NCBI GenBank assembly: GCA_951406725.2
Contig: OX597815.1
Span: 77,810,001 to 77,874,000 of the forward strand
Length of the DNA stretch: 64,000 nt
DNA from: Octopus vulgaris
Taxonomy: Eukaryota
Direction: 5' to 3'
In this document: one piece after another, positions 53,447-64,000 of the stretch
Layout: each line of letters opens with the position of its first letter
How positions within the stretch are numbered: position 1 is the stretch's first letter
Translations under genes and position numbers: made by a program
Notes under the pieces: model-generated
Told to the model about the DNA's origin: nothing
The model's database searches: none
The model's input: only the letters and a program-made list of their open reading frames with translations

Positions 53447-53667
53447 TTAACCCTTTTGATACCAACCTGCCCAAAACCACACTGGTTCTACAATACAAGC
53501 TTCTTGTTTTAAAGAAATCTAAATGAAAACTTCCCACCATGTTAATTTATATTCCAAGCACAAACTTAATGAGGACACAGTTATTTTATTAGATTTTTCA
53601 TTATTTTAAAAATTAATTGAAACAAAGGAAGTGTATTTCAACTGTAATATGCTAACAAAAAGGGTTA
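53447..53667. mobile_element. piggyBac-like MITE family 2; second copy at ~58159-58376
   Basis: TTAACCCTTTTG...CAAAAAGGGTTA termini, with internal sequence shared with the second copy. Confidence 0.7.
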
Positions 53668-54061
53668 TTGCATTTCTTTCAAAAAATCTTTGTCATGATT
53701 AGAATATAAGACATTGTGTTATCACTGAACTGAATCAGGACTAATGATGTTCCAAGTTCTAATATAATTTTGTCATGTAAATCCCAATTTTCCTAAGTAA
53801 TTTCCATAAACATTTAATATAGCGGTACTATTTTGCACAAATGGCGAAAGTGGAGAGCCTATTGGATAGGATACTATTACAAAATATGATTAGTAAACCA
53901 CTGTACAAAATACGCTTCTTTTGATTAAAATAATCTGCTATCTTTTTTGTATTTAGACACGAGGTGAAAATGTTTGCAAAATACTATTTTGTGAAAAAGA
54001 GCACTGAACTATAAAAATCTGAGAAGCACAAATTTAGTAAAAGACTTTAAGCCCGTGGTTT

Positions 54062-54365
54062 TCACAGGTGCTCTGAGATCTGCCAAATTGACAAATTTAT
54101 GACTGCAGGAAAAACATGATCAGGGAAAAAAATTTCTGAGAGTTGATATTCTGAAGATGAGGGACGAGATGGAAGTGGTTCATGCTGGGCTTTCATGGAA
54201 GGAGATTGACACAATATGGGAAATAAGAGAAGGAATAACAATTGGGTCAAGAAGGCTTGAGGTGACACAAAGTTATCCACTTCTGAGGAGTAGTGACCAC
54301 CATAGTTGCAGTAGAAAAGGCAGAGTGAGGAGGCAGCATGTTTGTAGGGTTGGAATGTGTTGGCA
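54062..54365 (-). mobile_element. CR1/Jockey-group LINE ORF2 3' fragment
   Basis: FQPYKHAASSLCLFYCNYGG.YSSEV...PDHVFPAVINL resembles the conserved C-terminal SL..FYRYY...WN.LP..VFP region. Confidence 0.65.
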
Positions 54366-55579
54366 AATATAATTATTTTCATGAACAATAAAATTATAAT
54401 TCTCAAACAACAATACTGTTGACATGAAATTCATCATCATCATCATCACCACCACCATCACCATTTTTCATCTGCCTTCTATACTGACATAGGTCAGATG
54501 GGTTCTTATGGTCTGAGTCTGCTCAGATTCACTGTTTTTCTAGATGGGTCGGGGACCATATCTCATTTTTGCTTTCCATTTTTCACATGGTTTCTATAGC
54601 TGGCCACTTTTCCTCTCACTAACCACTTTTCAGAGTGTACTGAGTTTATTTTATCATGCTACCAGCACAAAAAAGGCTCAACAAGCCTTGTCCTCAACAA
54701 GACTAAAGAGCCTTTTCTACCTTATGCTGTCTTCATTCATTTGCTAACCACTTTATGAAGTGTGCTGGATATTTTATTGTGGCACCAGCACTAGAGAGGT
54801 TGCTTTGTTGTTTTAAAACCAAAGAGTTCTTTCTACTGTAAGTTGTCACCATTCTTTCAAAATAATGTTATCAAGAGGGCAACTAGAAGAAACAAGACTA
54901 TGTTGAGAAGGTGGTAGAGGGAATAGCAGTAGTAGAGATATAGTGGTAGGCAGCTACATGTTGGTTGTTGGTAAGGAAATTGTATCAGAAAGTAGCATGA
55001 GTGACATGACAGGAGAAGAGGGAGTAATGGAAACAAATAAATGTGATGTTTGCCAACAATAAGTGATAAAAGGATTAATAAGTGTTTGTGAGAGAGGGAG
55101 AGAGAAATGAATGGTTATAAAGTGATGGGCAATGGTAAGAGCAAAACACTTGTAATGAATAGCAGTAAAAATAATTGACAATATCATACAGTGAGAGAGT
55201 GTGGGGGGTAATGGATGTGAATGATAAATGTTGAATTAATGAGAGAAAAAGATTGATGGCTGGTTATAAAGAAGGATGATGGCAGGAGGATTGAGTACAG
55301 ACAGATTTGCCATGCATCACTAAACAGGCAGTATGGTGGGGAAAAGGTAGTGATACTGAGTAATGGTAGGAGGGGATTACATATGACAGGTATGACATTC
55401 ATCTTTTATTTCATAGGGGTAGTGATTGAACAAAGGGAGAAAGATAATGTGGTGGTGGTAGGGGGGTTGAATATAGACAGATCATATCTCAATCTCCATA
55501 CTCCCATCATTTTAACTTTCATTTTTGCCATGCTTAAAAATAGGAGAGCAGGTCTCTTCCAGCATTGCAGATCATAACA

Positions 55580-56640
55580 TATATTCCTTTGTCATCACCT
55601 TCATGAGATTCAACTTCATGTGATTAATCTTCACTACCCAGTCTCATTTCTTTTTGGATTTCCCTTTTTCATATGACTGGTACTGTTATACAACTGACGT
55701 TCTCATTATGCATCATGTCTGTACTGTAGAGCAGTCTAATTCCCCTTAAATCCAGCTTTTCTCTCTACTCATTTCTGTCCCATCATTTATGTACACTAAC
55801 ATTACACATCTAGTGTAGCATGTTCACTTTGTTACTTTCTAACCATCAAAAATCTGTCACATTCAAGGCCCAGTTCTTACTACCATGTAGTATCATACTT
55901 CATACATAAAGATTATTTAATCTTGTCCTTCATTGTGAGAGAGAAACCCTTTGTTACCAGCAGGGGTAATAGCTTCCTAAGTTGTTTCCAACCTGTTCCT
56001 TCTTCAGCTACCATGCTTTCAATATACTCATTTCCTGTGCTAATCTAGTCATCTAAGCAACAAAAGCTATCAGCTGCCACTGTAAAGACTTCTGGACATT
56101 TGAAAGAATCTATTCCATGTGTATTATCCGCTCCTGTGCATCTTCCACATACATCCTTCATGCATCCCTAGTTTGCTCTAGGTATACTACACAGAATTTC
56201 TAGCTCTGATGGCAACAATATCATGACTCCTCTCCTCACTAAAACTTTAAAATTTATTTTAAGGCTTTTAAATTCCAAGTTTTGCTCTCATAGAGAAGAA
56301 ATTCTGTGCTTCCATGGAATTCCATAGTTTCAGCTATAAGAAATAACCTGTCAGTACTCAAGCATTCCCATGGAAAGCTGATTTTAAACATCTATAGCTT
56401 GGAGGACTGTAATAAACAATGGAAAGCTGAAAACTGAGCTGTGGTTGATTGATCCTCATCTGCATACTAAGTTCCTTGTTATATACTTTGCTAATCCACC
56501 TTGTTGACTTCACCCCTGTACATAGCTTGCATGGTTGCTATAACCCATTTATCTCCCTCCTGTTTCTTCAGCAACCACCTGACTACATAACATGGAACCC
56601 TGTCAAAGGTGTTCCCCAGGTCAACAAATGCTAGCTGAAG
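55580..56640 (-). mobile_element. RTE-clade RT fragments (55580-56215 and 56440-56640)
   Basis: Minus-strand LAFVDLGNTFDRVP and degenerate downstream FCCLDD / WKQLRKLLPLLVTKGFSL segments. Confidence 0.7.
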
Positions 56641-59600
56641 TGGCTTACTTCGATTAACCACTATCAATAATTTCTTTCACTTTTTATATTGGCAATTCCA
56701 GAAAGTGTTTTTTTTTTATTTTGCTTTGTTTGGTTTCTGTTTTTGTTAATCTTCATTTGAAAGAGTAGACAGAATTTGTGTAAGTAATACTTGGCATATT
56801 ATACTACATAGTGTATGATTATATAGTCTTCTAGTCAAGAGTTACCTTGCCTGAGTAGATAAAGTATCAGCAACTCAGTTCATTGATTAGTTTCTGTTCT
56901 ACAACAGGGTGGCACCTATGCCTTTAGCTAAACCTCTGACCATTACTTGTTTTGGTCGATCTAGCTGCTGATTAAATATTTAAGAAGACAATATCAGATG
57001 TTGGAGTAACTGGAAACTGATATGTAATTTGATGATTTACAATTCTGAAATCAAATCTTGCCAAGTTTATTTGTGTATTTATTCAGTCTGTAGAGAAGGT
57101 GCTGCTAGGTGATAAAAATCTTAACTAAATCAGTTGTGAAACAGAACAGAAGATAATTTATTGATCTTGTATTCTGCTATTGTAAGTTACTATTAAATCT
57201 GACACATTGGATACCGTAGTCTTAAGAGGCACCATTCCTGAAACTGGTCATGACTGGAGCATATTTAATCATAGGTCTGTTCACTCAGGGTTAACTTGGT
57301 ACTAAGCAACTATAATAACAAATACTAAATCTAAAAATTGTGCAACTTTTATAAATATTCACAAGATCCAAGCCAGAGAAACCTCACACCTCAGCAACTT
57401 AATACCATAGCAGTTAACAGAATCTTATGCTGTGTGTTCTAATGAGGAATATTGTTACATCATTTGAAGAGAAACATGTAAATCATCTTGCAGGCAGAAA
57501 GGAGAGATAACACAAGGCCTAAACCACATTTAATTAATTGGGATTTTGAAGTTGCCATCCCTACCAACCTTGAGCTAATACTTTCTTATCATCACTGCAG
57601 AGATAGTCTTGATTGATTTGCTATTTTTTGCTCATGGTAATATGATTGCAATGACTTAACTACTTGTTAAATATAGTTTCATGTTCTTTTAGTCCTGTCC
57701 CTAGTTGTGCACTCTGATACTCTAACTAACCAAGAAGCAGGTGGTGGCATTAAGTCAAATGTTTTGGGTCAACCATCTATAGCTAAAATATCCAAGGATC
57801 AGATGGTGTTAGTGTGGTGTTAGTCTTTAGCTCTGGGTCAGCTCTGATCAAGCAGAAGAAATACGATAAAAAATCTTCCAACCAAGGCCATTGCATCTTA
57901 TTTTCAGTTGTTGTGCATCACAAGCCACAATATCTAATATGCCTTTCTATTTTTAACATGGTAGGGTGAGATTGGAAGGATATTTGCTTGCTATGTGTTA
58001 TAGGTCAAACAACTGTATAGAGGTTCTCTCACTACTTTTGGTGTTGAATTGGGTAGCATATTATTTCTACTCCTCACTCATATTTTATACCAAAAGCATC
58101 TAATTGTAAAACCCATGAATTAACAAACTTATTCAAATGATATTAGCATGACAAGAATTTAACCATTTTGATGCCAACCTATTTGAGACTGTCCATGATT
58201 CTATGATACATACTTTATATTTTAAAATAATCTAAATTGAAACCTTTCATGGCAAATTATGTTCCAAACACCAGTTTAATTATGGCAAAGTTATTTTACT
58301 AAATTCTTTGTTATTTTTATATTAATTGCAACAATGGCAGTGTATTTCAACAGAAATGTAGTCACAAAATGTTTAGACTATAACTTTAACTTAAGATAGA
58401 GGTAGTAGCAGTTGTTGTTATTCTGTAGCCCTTAGTCAGACCATCTCAAGTAGATGGACATTAGGGCACATTGATAGTTAGTCAATTGCCTGGGCAGAAC
58501 CTATCCTAACCTAGTCAGATCTACTGATGATGAATAATGATTTTATGGTTATAAAAAACTCATTATTTTGCAGAGATGCTAAAATTTTAATGTCTTCTTC
58601 TCCTTTCTCTTCATCAATCTCAAATGATTTTGAGTTTTTTTTCTTTTCAATTAAAATTATATAAATTAACATTCTTTTTCTATCAGCCATTAATAATCTG
58701 ATGAACTCTTGTTTATATAAGACACCAATTATTTATGATTTTGATACACTCCATGGAATTACTGTTCATTTTAACTTTAATGGTTCATAAACAAACATCA
58801 TTTATTTCTATAAAATAATGAGGAGGAGGAGGAGAAGAAGAAGAAGAATGGTTTCAAATTTTGGCTTGTGGCCAGCAAGTTTAGGGAGGGGTAATATGAT
58901 TACATTGACGCCACTGCTTGACTGGTGCTTATTTTATCAACTCCGAAAGGATGTGAAGCAAAATCAACTTTAGTGGAGTTTGAACTCAGAACTAAAAAGA
59001 TGGATGATTCTGCCAGCCTTGCTGCCTTAATGATAACAATAATAGTTGTCATCATTGCTGTTCCTGCCATTGTCACTGTTTTGCTGTTTGTGCTATATTG
59101 ATGCTTTAACCTGTTTAATTATACTTCCTGTCAAGACACATCCCATAATCTAGGGTGAAAAGCATTTTTGTCCCTTTTCCTATAAAAGTCCTTTTATGTT
59201 GTACATATCTCTATTTTGTATTCAGCATTTTCAGGGATATTTCAGGTTCAATCAAGTAAATTGATTAAGATTTCCCAGATTAAAATCCACTTTCTGACAT
59301 TTGCTCTCAAATTCTTTGTTCAGTTCCTAAAACCCTAGTGATGATTAGCAGGATTATGACCATGTTAGCTTCGTTTTTTGCAACATTTCAGAATTTCATG
59401 CTTCAAATTGGTATAATATTCTACTTCACCATTTTCTTGATTTTAGTATCAAATAGGCATTCCAAGAAAGGTACACATTCTTCTTAACAATAGTTATAAT
59501 ACCACACTTGCAAATTTATTCTCCCTTTAGTTTATGTAGGAAAATGTCGTAATCACCTTGCTTTGACATATTTGAGGATTTCCATTTCTATTTCCTCAAA

Positions 59601-59796
59601 ATGGCCATAGATCTTTTCTGTGTACACAATGCAGAACCTCTGGCAAAAAAAAAGCAAATTCCAATCAACCAAGTACTGAGTCAAGGATTTTGACCAATTC
59701 TCTCCCTTTAAGAAAATGCTGCTCTTGTGTCTTAATGAAACCATTATTATTATTTCCGATTTGACTCAGATTCATTCTTATTCCTGGTAGAATTTA

Positions 59797-60840
59797 TGTA
59801 GGTAGCAGGTCACTACCTGTATCCTTAGGTATCTGTGGTATTGAGCTGAAGCTGTGGTGAATGTAGAAGTGGGAGAGTGGGTAGGTCCTGTCGGGAGTCC
59901 CTGAGGACAGAAGTGCTGAAGAGAGCATGCACAGCAGTCACAGGAAGAGGTCAGAGGGCAACTGGACACTGTGAAGGCAAGACATGTGTGCACAACCAAG
60001 AGAAGAGAACGTCCACGTGGGTAGTGAGAGAATGCTCCCTCCAGATCGACAAGTAAGAAAGTCTCAATTCTTTTCTTAATTTCCCCTTCACACCACAAGC
60101 TATTTCGGCTCATTGCGTAGTGCTGAAAAACAAAAATCTGTCCATGGTAAAATATGCCATCAACAATTAGACTAGGCAACGACATGTAGAGACCATTCTC
60201 TGGCCGAGGTGATGTGGTGGCCTGAAAAAGAAGGTGGAGCTAGTATCTTAATTACAGGGGATACAGGACGTAGCCAGCCTGCTACCATTGTATTTAGAAG
60301 GTAGCATGCTGAGCCTGTATCTAGAGATGTCAGAAGACAATCATCAAAAGGTTGAAAAGCTCGAGGAACAGCTGAAAGTTGCTTATACAGAGGGAGCCTT
60401 TAAGGCATATAGTAAGCTCAGAAGCATGAGGTGGACCAGAGAACTGGTCGACAACTATATGAGTGAGATTAGGAGATTGGTGGCTTTAGCAGGGACTTCT
60501 GGCGAGGCAATGGAGAGTGTTGTGAGGTTGACTTTTGTGACTGGATTTCCTGATCATATCTCAATAAGTTTGCAGCAGCTACCAGGTATCCACACCATGC
60601 GGGTGAGTGAGTTGATTGAGCGAACTCGCATCGTGACTCAGAACAATACACGCGATGTAGTTTGTATGATGATGGAGACGAAAACAATGAAGAGGTAAAT
60701 GGAAACTAATGGGAAGAAGAATGAAGCGAGAGAAGCTTGGCAAACAATGATGGGACCATGTTTCAGGTGTTGGGGTCCTCATATAGTCAGAGACTACACA
60801 GCACCGAGACTGAAAGTGGTGTGCTACTGGTGTAGATGTA
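59797..60840 (+). mobile_element. Ty3/gypsy-like LTR retrotransposon 5' remnant: possible LTR (~59797-60144) and gag pseudogene (ATG at 60154)
   Basis: RPFSGRGDVVA*.KKVELV...LLPLYLEG..LYLEM...IRRLVALAG...FVTGFPDHIS, followed by zinc knuckles CFRCWGPH and CYWC. The TG...CA|TGG LTR/PBS boundary is tentative. Confidence 0.75.
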
Positions 60841-61089
60841 GATGGTCAGTATTCTACAGTGAAGCAAGGACAAGTACAGGTAGCCAGAGTAAGGTCACTA
60901 GAGACCCCCTACACAATGATAGCAAAGACTTGAAAATGACCGAAGGAGAGCTGCTGAACACAGGGCTAATGAGTCACAAGAAGCATGGGTAAAACGGTTT
61001 GAACAATTACGTCAACAAAATGTAATCTGCAGGAGCCAAGAGTCAAAGAAGGAAAAAGAAAAACGTTTAAAGGATGCAAGACAAAGACA

Positions 61090-62436
61090 AGCTGCCAATG
61101 GGACAATAGGTCAAGGAGAGATGAGACAAAGAAAAAGCCAGGAGAAAACAGTTGCTGCAAGACTTTGCCAATCCTCAGAGGAAAGATGTAAGCATCTTGA
61201 TCAAGATAGGCTAAATATGTTAAACAAAAGAGTTGCACCTTTTAAGGGGACTTGGAAAAGATCAGCTTTCAACTATAATCCAAAACATGATTATTCTACA
61301 GAGAAATTGATACTGGAGCAATGTCAAAAGAGCACAGTTTTTTAAAAGAAAGAAATGGGAAAGAGAAACCACCACTATATGCTGTGGTGGAGGAATGGTT
61401 GTTTGGTACACCCCCAGATACTTTGAAGGCATTGCTTTTGGGAAACACACTAAGGAGCATGCACTTTTATAATTCTGCTTTCCAAATGACCTCCTTTGGT
61501 AGCAATATTATAAGAGAAGGACATAAGGGGCAACAACAAATCTATGGGATGAGTTACATTAGTTTTATCAGGAGACTTCAGACAGACATTACCAGTCATT
61601 CCAAGAGGAACAAGATCTGATGAAATAAAAGCATGTATTAATTCTTCACACCTATGGAATAAAGTACAGAAATTCTCTTTCAATACTAACATGCAAGCTT
61701 TATTAAGTGGGGACCAATGTTTTCAACCTGGCTCCTCCAATTAGGAAATGGGAAAGAACCATTTGATGGGAATGATGATATCAGTTTGACTCATATTGCT
61801 ATCATGGGGAATTTCCCTGCTGAATTGAAGAACAGGGTATTTCCAGACTTAAGTAATAATTATAATTCACATAAATAGTTGCGTGAAAGGGCAATTCTTG
61901 CTCCAGAAAATGAGACAGTAGCAAGGATTAACCATGAATTAATGAATAAGATTACAACAGTCATTAAGGAATACAAATCAGTTGATTCAGTCCTTGATGA
62001 AAATCAAGCTGTCCATTACCCAACAGAGTTCCTTAATTCCCTTGAGCCACTTGGAACTCCTCCACATAAACTTTTACTGAAGGTAGGAGTCCTAATATTG
62101 CTTCTAAGAAATTTAGATCCACCTAAATTATGCAATGGGACAAGGTTGATTGTGAAGACATTATCACCTAATGTGATAGAAGCTACCATCATCACTGGAT
62201 GAGCCTCCAATCAAACCAACAAACATGCCATTTGAGTTAAAAAAAACACAATTCCCAGAGTGACTTTGCTTTGCAATGGCTATTGATAAAGCTCAAGGTT
62301 AGTCTTTGAAATCTACCGGCTTGCACTTAATTAAACCTTGCTTTTCTCATGGTCAATTGTATGTTGGCTGCTCCAAGGTTGGTCGCTTGCAAACCAGAAA
62401 ACAATGTATGTTGTTTACCCAGCAGCTCTTACATAA
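61090..62436 (+). mobile_element. Internally deleted Helitron (N-terminal region fused to Pif1-like helicase; Rep domain absent)
   Basis: N-terminal AFNYNPKHDYS, ICCGGG and YNSAFQMTSFG. Helicase motifs GDFRQTLPVIPRG, RAILAPEN, YPTEFLNSL, LLRNLDPPKLCNGTRL, FAMAIDKAQG*SL and FSHGQLYVGCS. Confidence 0.92.
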
Positions 62437-62501
62437 TTTCCTTCAACATATGTGATAGAATTTATCTCCCTTCATAAAAGTGATAAGCTTTGTATTTTCG
62501 T

Positions 62502-62530
<29 letters not shown>

Positions 62531-62532
<2 letters not shown>

Positions 62533-62940
62533 CTTTCCGAAGTTTTCATTTTCCTCCAATCAATTCAGTAATCCACTGTTTCACACTTTCATTAGCTATT
62601 TTCTCCATATTTTCTGTCACTCCAAACATGCTCATTGTTTTACTTATCCAGCTGTGTGTTACCATGTCACATGCTTTTTTGTAATCTACATTCAATCCTA
62701 TCAATTTGCAACTACAATTTCTAATTATCATTTTATTAACTAATAAGTGGTCCTTTGTTGCTCTACTTTGTTTCCTGCATCCTTTCTGCCCTTTTGGAAA
62801 TAGTTTGTTACTTTCCAAATGATTATATAACTTTTCTGCCAAGACACTGGTCATAAGCTTCCACATACGTGGTAAACAGGTTATATGTCAAAAATTTGAT
62901 ACCAAGTTACCTTTTAAGGAGTCCTTGAGACATATCAACG
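62531..62940 (-). mobile_element. R4/Dong-like RT fragment flanked on both sides by (TTA)n
   Basis: ITCLPRMWKLMT..QKGCRKQSRATKDHLLVNK..VDYKKACDMVTHSWI; homologous to the element at 4537. Confidence 0.85.
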
Positions 62941-63010
62941 TTTTTCTTGTTGTTGTTATCAGTATTATTATTATTATTATTATTATTATCATTATTATTA
63001 TTATTATTAT

Positions 63011-63455
63011 CGAGTGAGAGAGCAGTGCACGCAATCAAAGTGACACTGGGGTAAAATATATGAAGCCCAGTATACCCATCATGACTACCCATCTGGTAAG
63101 GGTACAATAGGTACATGCATCACAACCATATGTACGCGACATGGTGATCACATATCAAGATAAACAGTGCATGACTTTGCAGGTGGGGGCCCAGTTAGAA
63201 TTTTCTTCAGATCGGGTAACTCATCCCACTCAAAAGGTCCCTGAATAAGGGTTGTTTAAGGACATTGAATGAAACATGTTTCGAAAGGTGAATTATCCAA
63301 ACCCCAAAGAATTCTTTTCAACACATGGCTTTGATGCTCCCACACTTCTTCTGCTCATGATCAGAGATGCACATATTGTCAGCCACTAAAGGACATGCTC
63401 AACTAGTTATGGTCAAACAACTGAGAAACAAATCTGTGGTATTGAGAAGAATATT
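63011..63455. mobile_element. ~445-bp non-coding interspersed element bounded by (TTA)n on both sides (putative SINE; strand not determined)
   Basis: A discrete, GC-richer block sits exactly between two TTA arrays and shows no convincing coding frame. Confidence 0.55.
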
Positions 63456-63757
63456 ATTATTATTATTATTATTATTATTAAGGTAGCAAGCTGGCAGAAT
63501 CGATACCATGCCAGGAAAAATGCTTAGCAGCATTTCTTCTGATTTTATGATCTGAGTCCAAATTCTGCCAGGGTTGACTTTGCTTTTTGTCCTTTCAGGA
63601 TCGCTAAATTAGGATCCCTTTTATAGGAAAAGGGACAAATTGCTAAAATGGTACTAGGGTTGATGGAATTGATTTATCCCACTCCCTCCAAAATTACTAG
63701 ACTTCTGCCAACATTTTAAATCATCATCATCATTAATTATTATTATTATTATTATTA

Positions 63758-63797
<40 letters not shown>

Positions 63798-63798
<1 letters not shown>

Positions 63799-64000
63799 GT
63801 TATCGCACAGTATACAATATCATAAGGTTGTTGATTGAAGATATTGTATCTACCGTGAGTTTGTACTGTTTGTCAAGTCATAACAAGGACCTCAGGCAGA
63901 CAGTACTTTATGCAATATGCGTGCAGTTCCAAGTAATGCCAACTTTTGCAATACATCTAGATTGTAGGGTATCTCTAAGGTTTTCAGATGGTTTTTAAGA
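63798..64000 (-). mobile_element. R4/Dong-like LINE 3' end and 3'UTR ending in (TAA)n
   Basis: Minus strand LKNHLKTLEIPYNLDVLQKLALLGTARILHKVLSA*, then a short UTR running into a TAA array. Confidence 0.85.

Noticed and set aside
59778-60185. 135-aa minus-strand ORF
   Set aside because: It is antisense to the putative LTR/gag leader and has no recognisable motifs.
61879-62202. Host PIF1 helicase gene
   Set aside because: It is intronless, riddled with stops and preceded by Helitron-specific N-terminal motifs, so it is a transposon relic.

Overview
AT-rich, repeat-saturated eukaryotic DNA. The SINE/MITE families and dense microsatellites suggest an octopus genome (inference from family recognition). 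There are no prokaryotic genes, operons or CRISPR arrays, and most listed ORFs are microsatellite or repeat artefacts. The window reads as a very long intron downstream of one + strand coding exon (2256-2412). A candidate nested antisense spliced gene has exons at 48119-48056, 34542-34443 and 25855-25594. Decayed mobile elements include R4/Dong-like RLE LINEs beside (TAA)n, HERO-like, RTE, RTE-X and CR1 LINE fragments, a Neptune-type Penelope-like element missed by the ORF track, a Ty3/gypsy gag, autonomous-derived and non-autonomous Helitrons, Tigger/hAT/piggyBac-like MITEs and many tRNA-derived SINEs. The most notable structural signals are degenerate type-I hammerhead-ribozyme motifs in Penelope-like terminal sequences, several foldback hairpins, and a near-identical inverted duplication about 4 kb apart that brackets the candidate antisense start exon. 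All calls were made by eye, and element boundaries are approximate.
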